Positions 27,554-32,000 of a DNA stretch of 32,000 bases are shown here, piece after piece. Numbering within the stretch: position 1 is the first letter of the stretch; every line of letters begins with the position of its first letter. The stretch is from Nitrosococcus oceani ATCC 19707. Its GTDB lineage: Bacteria > Pseudomonadota > Gammaproteobacteria > Nitrosococcales > Nitrosococcaceae. Location of the stretch: the NCBI RefSeq assembly GCF_000012805.1, contig NC_007484.1, positions 870,001 to 902,000 of the forward strand, given 5' to 3'. The notes beneath the pieces are model-generated. The model was not told where the DNA came from. It worked only from the letters and a program-made list of their open reading frames with translations, and made no database searches. The translations under genes were made by a program, and so were the position numbers.

Positions 27554-27951
27554 CCATTTTTAAAATTATCGTCGGCAGGCACTGGTCTTGGGCGGCGATC
27601 CTTGCCAAGAGCGACATAGACAAGACGGGCTGAGGCAACCCGCTCGCAAGTTTCTTTCCCGCGCTTTCTTTCAGCATAGACCATGACCTCAACGGTGAGA
27701 GAAGTATGGCCTACTTTGGTGATTTCTGCATAAAAACTCACCAGATCATCTACGTAAACAGGCTGGATGAAGTCAAAGTCCTTCACTGCAACGGTTACTA
27801 TACGGCCTCGGGCGCGGCGGAAGGCGACAATACTACCGGCAATATCCGTCCAAGACATTAGCCAACCGCCAAAAATATCGCCTGCGGCGTTAGTGTCCGT
27901 GGGCCGGGCTAAAATACGTAGTGCCGGTTCTTTGCCTGGTGGTAATGACAT
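27532..27951 (-). CDS. Acyl-CoA thioesterase, hotdog fold (YciA-like)
   Basis: RPTDTNAAGDIFGGWLMSWTDIAG...VTVAVKDFDFIQPVYVDDLVSFYAEITKVGHTSLTV matches the YciA/4HBT-type thioesterase pattern. It starts 3 nt after the stop of the upstream synthetase gene. Confidence 0.8.
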   Translation of the reverse strand: MSLPPGKEPALRILARPTDTNAAGDIFGGWLMSWTDIAGSIVAFRRARGRIVTVAVKDFDFIQPVYVDDLVSFYAEITKVGHTSLTVEVMVYAERKRGKETCERVASARLVYVALGKDRRPRPVPADDNFKNGYGNSSP

Positions 27952-27954
27952 TTA

Positions 27955-29760
27955 TTAATGTCCTTCATATAAAGCGCTAATTTGATTACGATAATGCTTG
28001 ATTACCTGTTTACGGCGTGCTTTCAGCGTTGCGGTGGCAAGGCCATTTTCTGTAGTCCAGCGTTCTTGGGTTAAAGCGGCCCGGCGAATACGCGCATAGC
28101 CGGGAAATTGACGGGTATGTTGCTCGATCCGTTCTAGTACCTCCTCAAGCACGGCAGGATGCTCAAGGGACTGTTTTTGGTGAGGATCAAGATTTAACTC
28201 CTGTGCAAGCGTGTTCCAGTGTTCTGGATTGACTACTATCAGTGCGCTTAGGTAGGGCTTCCCTTCGCCAACAACCATGGCTTGATCAAATAAGGGATCA
28301 GTGCCGATAGCCGTTTCCATTTCGCCGGGGGGGACTTTCTCGCCGGTAGCTAGCACAATGATTTCTTTAATGCGCCCGGTGATATAGAGACGTCCTTGTT
28401 CAATACGGGCTTGGTCACCAGTATGCAGCCAACCTTCCTCATCGATGACTTCGGCGGTTGCTTTAGGATTATTCCAGTAACCTAGCATCACTCCTGGGCT
28501 GCGCCCTAGCAGTTCATTATGCTCGCCAATACGGATTTCCACATCTTGCAAGGGGGTGCCAACGCTCTTGGGGTCATTGTTATTTAAGGAATTTCCGCTG
28601 ATAACAGGGCTAGCCTCGGTAAGCCCGTATCCCTGAATAAGGGGTAATCCCAGAGCAAGTAATTCCCGGGCGACATTAAAGACCAGTGGGGCACCCCCGC
28701 AAACGACGATCCGGAGACGGCCACCGAACTGGGCCAAAACTTGGCGGCCCACGATTTGCCTCAGGAGAGGATTTAAAAGGCAGAGAGGATGCCAAGGAGC
28801 ACGTCCTTGTTGGTAATTGAATTGACGCCAGCCAGCAGCAATGGCAAGCTTGAATAGCGCTCGTTCTAATAGGGTTTTCTCTCGAAGTTTATCGTAGATC
28901 TGGTTATGAACACGCTCGAAGATGCGCGGAACACTTACAAGGACCGTGGGTTTAATAGTAACCAGATCTTCCGCCAGCTTAGCAATGGAGCGGGTATAAG
29001 CTACCTGGGCTCCGGCCATCATGGGTAAATAATAACCGAGAGTGCGTTCCAGGGAATGGGAGAGGGGTAGGAAGGAAAGGAACAAATCATCCTCGTATAT
29101 TGGTGTACTCTGCAAGCTGCTATGAGCATTCCATAGAATATTATGGTGGCTTAGCATAACGCCTTTGGGTAAACCCGTCGTGCCAGAAGTATAAACTATA
29201 GTAGCAAGGGCATCAGGGTTATTGAGTTTAGGGTAGTGTTTATCTGCAGTTTTAGGTAACCATTCTTGTAAATAGCAGAGGCGTTTTTGACCACGGGCTT
29301 CATCATCAAAAGGATTTAATGAGATCACGCGCACTAGTTTACGTAGCGCCCACCATTGTTTTATTTCCTGCCATTGGTGATACCCTTCTATCATCAGCAG
29401 TTTGACTTCGGCGTTTTTCAAAATATAGCGAACATTATCGGGGCGATCATTAATATAGAGGGGCACCACCACCAATTCTAGACCTAGGGCAGCCTGTTCA
29501 AAGAATACCCATTCCCGGCTGTTGCGGAGCATAAGAGCAACCCGGTCCCCAGGATTTAGCTCTTCCTTGGAGAGCGCTGCCTGCCAACGAGTGACCTCGG
29601 TGGCCATTTCAGCCCAAGTAGTCTCTTGCCAGCTCCTTTGTTTGGGATCGAAATGCCGGTAGGCAACAGCGTTAGGGGTACGCCGTACCCGTTCTTGGAA
29701 TAGGCCAACTAGGGTGCCTGCGGTCTCTGGGGAGATACTGGAGTTAAGTTTAGCTGCCAT
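27955..29760 (-). CDS. Long-chain-fatty-acid--CoA ligase (AMP-dependent synthetase/ligase family)
   Basis: 601 aa with the AMP-binding signature IVYTSGTTGLPKGVMLSHHNI, plus GYGLTE, the TGD region (WLHTGDQARI) and GEKV motifs. Confidence 0.88.
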   Translation of the reverse strand: MAAKLNSSISPETAGTLVGLFQERVRRTPNAVAYRHFDPKQRSWQETTWAEMATEVTRWQAALSKEELNPGDRVALMLRNSREWVFFEQAALGLELVVVPLYINDRPDNVRYILKNAEVKLLMIEGYHQWQEIKQWWALRKLVRVISLNPFDDEARGQKRLCYLQEWLPKTADKHYPKLNNPDALATIVYTSGTTGLPKGVMLSHHNILWNAHSSLQSTPIYEDDLFLSFLPLSHSLERTLGYYLPMMAGAQVAYTRSIAKLAEDLVTIKPTVLVSVPRIFERVHNQIYDKLREKTLLERALFKLAIAAGWRQFNYQQGRAPWHPLCLLNPLLRQIVGRQVLAQFGGRLRIVVCGGAPLVFNVARELLALGLPLIQGYGLTEASPVISGNSLNNNDPKSVGTPLQDVEIRIGEHNELLGRSPGVMLGYWNNPKATAEVIDEEGWLHTGDQARIEQGRLYITGRIKEIIVLATGEKVPPGEMETAIGTDPLFDQAMVVGEGKPYLSALIVVNPEHWNTLAQELNLDPHQKQSLEHPAVLEEVLERIEQHTRQFPGYARIRRAALTQERWTTENGLATATLKARRKQVIKHYRNQISALYEGH

Positions 29761-29763
29761 AAC

Positions 29764-31782
29764 TTATAACGCCTGCCATCCTGCACTAGGGGTAAAACGA
29801 GTACCATATCTGGTTTCCAATGCTTGTAGCCGTTGCCGCATTGTATCTACTCCCTGAGTACGGACATAATGGAGGGGACCTCCCCGGAAGGGGGCAAAAC
29901 CAATGCCAAAGATCATGCCTGCGTCGAGCAAATCGGCATCTTCCACAACCCGGTCATGGAGGGAGGAGACAGCTTCGTTGATCATAGAGAGAATTAAGCG
30001 GTCAGTAAGATCTTCAGGAGCTTGGTATTCCTGCGGAGGTTGGGATTTTACCGATTTTCCTCCTTGGTATCTGTAAAATCCGCTCCCGCTTTTTTTGCCA
30101 AGTTGCCCTTGTTGAATTTTGATTTTCAGCTCTTCGGGTATTTGCTCTGGGGGAGTTAATCTTTCAGCCACCGAGAGGCAGATATCAAGACCCACCGTAT
30201 CTGCCAGTTCGATGGGGCCCATGGGCATGCCAAAATCGATAGCAGCCTGATCGATAACTGGGCCAGGAACGCCTTCACTGAGTAGCCGCGTTGCTTCTAG
30301 GAGGTAGGGGGTAAGCACACGATTAACCAAAAACCCCGGCAGACTTTTTACCGGCAGGGGGAGACGGCCAATCTGGCGGGTAAAAGCTGCAGCTCGCGCC
30401 ATCTCTTCGGCTTTCGTTGCTTCTCCTTTCACTATTTCGACCAACTGCATTTTGGCAACGGGATTAAAGAAATGAAGCCCTACCAAGCGTTCTGATTGAG
30501 ACAAGCTTTCAGCCAAAGTTTCTAAGGGAATACTGGAAGTGTTGGTGGCCAGCAAAGCCCCCGCTTTTAGCCTAGGTTCGATGGCCTGAAACAAGGATTG
30601 CTTAGCTTCTATATTTTCGAAGATAGCTTCAATCAATACATCGGCTTTAGCGAGTCCCTCCCCCCTCGGGTCGGGCATTAGCCGATCCATGGCCGCCTGG
30701 ATTGGACGCTGGCTTTTGAGGCGTTTCTTGAATAATCCATGGGCCCGCTTAATGGCTGGAGCAATACGGTCGGGGGATTGATCCTGAAGGCTGACATGAA
30801 GGTTTTTTAGGGCGCACCACGCGGCGATATCTCCCCCCATAGTGCCAGCCCCTATCACATGAACCCGTTGAGGCTTAAAGATACCCTGTTTTCCCAGGGA
30901 TTTGAGCCGTTGTTGAAGCAGAAAAACCCGAATGAGGTTGTTGGTTGTTTCGCTGATGAGAAGGGCGGCAAGGGATTCGGCCTCGAGTGCCAGGCGCTGC
31001 TCGATGGTGCCTTCTTGCTTTTCCCATAGCTCCAATAAAGCAAAAGGGGCAGGATAGTGCCTTGAGTTGACCCGTTTTTCAAGTCGGGAGCGTAATACTT
31101 TGGTGACGAGCTGCCGCATTGGCGCCTGCCCTATCAGTCGTTGCCAGAAAGGAGGACGGTAGGGAGGGGGCGATTTCTTTATAAAGGCGCGGGCGGCCTG
31201 CTGAAGGTGACGAGCGGGGACGGCTTGATCAATCAATCCCAGACGTACTGCGGCACGGGTGCTGAGGCTGCGCCCATTCAGCATCATCTCAAGAGCGGGA
31301 AGGGTACCGATGAGGCGGGGTAGGCGTACGGTACCGCCATAACCGGGATGGATTCCAAGCTTGACCTCGGGTAGCCCGAGTTGAGTCTCAGGGTTATTTG
31401 CCGCTACTCGGTAGCGGCAAGCAAGGGCCAGTTCTAGCCCGCCGCCGAGACAATAGCCATGGATAACGGCAACAGTGGGAAAAGGAAGATTAGCCAAGCG
31501 GTTAAAGATTTCATGGACCCGCTGAATCCATGTTCGGGCTTCGGTTGCTTTACGAAGCGCGGTAAATTCAGTGACATCTGCTCCGGCAATAAAACCTTGC
31601 TTCTTATCGGAAAGGATGATGAGGCCCTTGGGATTCTCTGTAGCTAATTGGACTAATTGCTTATCTAGTGCTTCTAGTACGGATTTGGACAATACATTGG
31701 TATTTTTTCCGCTTTGATTAAGGCGTAGCCAGACAATGTCATCGGTATCTTTCTCGGCGCACCAATCGGTATTGTTATTCAT
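29764..31782 (-). CDS. Fatty-acid oxidation complex alpha subunit (enoyl-CoA hydratase / 3-hydroxyacyl-CoA dehydrogenase, FadB/FadJ-like)
   Basis: 672 aa. N-terminal crotonase fold (FIAGADVTEF...HGYCLGGGLELALAC), Rossmann motif VIGAGTMGGDIA and a C-terminal 3HCDH domain. It lies downstream of a thiolase gene, the FadIJ-like order. Confidence 0.9.
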   Translation of the reverse strand: MNNNTDWCAEKDTDDIVWLRLNQSGKNTNVLSKSVLEALDKQLVQLATENPKGLIILSDKKQGFIAGADVTEFTALRKATEARTWIQRVHEIFNRLANLPFPTVAVIHGYCLGGGLELALACRYRVAANNPETQLGLPEVKLGIHPGYGGTVRLPRLIGTLPALEMMLNGRSLSTRAAVRLGLIDQAVPARHLQQAARAFIKKSPPPYRPPFWQRLIGQAPMRQLVTKVLRSRLEKRVNSRHYPAPFALLELWEKQEGTIEQRLALEAESLAALLISETTNNLIRVFLLQQRLKSLGKQGIFKPQRVHVIGAGTMGGDIAAWCALKNLHVSLQDQSPDRIAPAIKRAHGLFKKRLKSQRPIQAAMDRLMPDPRGEGLAKADVLIEAIFENIEAKQSLFQAIEPRLKAGALLATNTSSIPLETLAESLSQSERLVGLHFFNPVAKMQLVEIVKGEATKAEEMARAAAFTRQIGRLPLPVKSLPGFLVNRVLTPYLLEATRLLSEGVPGPVIDQAAIDFGMPMGPIELADTVGLDICLSVAERLTPPEQIPEELKIKIQQGQLGKKSGSGFYRYQGGKSVKSQPPQEYQAPEDLTDRLILSMINEAVSSLHDRVVEDADLLDAGMIFGIGFAPFRGGPLHYVRTQGVDTMRQRLQALETRYGTRFTPSAGWQAL

Positions 31783-31786
31783 TAGC

Positions 31787-32000
31787 TTACCCCCTTTCTA
31801 GTAACATAGCACCACCTTGACCTCCACCAATGCAAATAGTGGCGATACCGCGTTGGCCGTTTAAGCGTTTCAAGACATGCAGCAAGTGCAGTACAATGCG
31901 GGCTCCGCTAGCACCGACTGGATGGCCTAGAGCAACAGCCCCTCCATCCACATTGAGCCGTTTTCGATCCAATTCGCCGAAGGTTTCTTTCAAACCAAGT
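31787..32000 (-). CDS. Acetyl-CoA acyl/acetyltransferase (thiolase), C-terminal fragment; the 5' end lies outside the window
   Basis: The translation ...NVDGGAVALGHPVGASGARIVLHLLHVLKR...GIATICIGGGQGGAMLLERG carries the thiolase C-terminal active-site signatures (GGA.ALGHP.GASG and C.GGG.G). The ORF stays open to the window edge. Confidence 0.88.
   Translation of the reverse strand, partial: LGLKETFGELDRKRLNVDGGAVALGHPVGASGARIVLHLLHVLKRLNGQRGIATICIGGGQGGAMLLERG

Noticed and set aside
1-32000. Search for mobile elements, CRISPR arrays, tRNA/rRNA genes, and defence or toxin-antitoxin modules
   Set aside because: No intergenic gap exceeds about 250 bp. None has tRNA-like GC-rich cloverleaf potential or regularly spaced repeats. 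Every long ORF has a confident housekeeping, envelope or fatty-acid assignment. There are no transposase, integrase or nuclease-ATPase pairs.

Overview
This 32-kb window is conserved chromosomal backbone from a Gammaproteobacterium, roughly 50% GC by eye. I cannot assign the species from sequence alone. I call 32 protein-coding genes, two of them truncated by the window edges.

Gene content, in order:
- cysM (3' fragment).
- A YdbH-like AsmA-family protein, a YdbL (DUF1318)-type lipoprotein, and a PolB-like DEDD exonuclease.
- rlmD-ribH-nusB-thiL-pgpA.
- glnD-map on the minus strand.
- The classic rpsB-tsf-pyrH-frr-uppS-cdsA-dxr-rseP-bamA-skp-fabZ-lpxA run.
- yfgM-bamB-der and an OmpA-family glycine-zipper lipoprotein.
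- A minus-strand thiolase / FadB-like / acyl-CoA synthetase / thioesterase operon.

Many junctions are stop/start overlaps (ATGA, GTGA, TAATG), which suggests translational coupling.

I found no rRNA, tRNA, CRISPR array, IS element, transposase, integrase, toxin-antitoxin pair or recognisable defence gene. I do not see a convincing novel multi-gene system and will not claim one.

The observations most worth follow-up:
1. The YdbH/YnbE/YdbL envelope-bridge module appears in a two-gene form. The YdbL-type protein carries a lipoprotein signal and a possible YnbE-like segment, which may be a natural fusion. An uncharacterised exonuclease gene follows after an 11-nt spacer.
2. lpxD is missing from its near-universal slot between skp and fabZ. 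A 217-bp AT-rich non-coding spacer with small structured elements sits there instead.
3. The lpx cluster stops after lpxA and runs straight into yfgM-bamB-der.

The remaining findings are lower-interest regulatory and structural notes.
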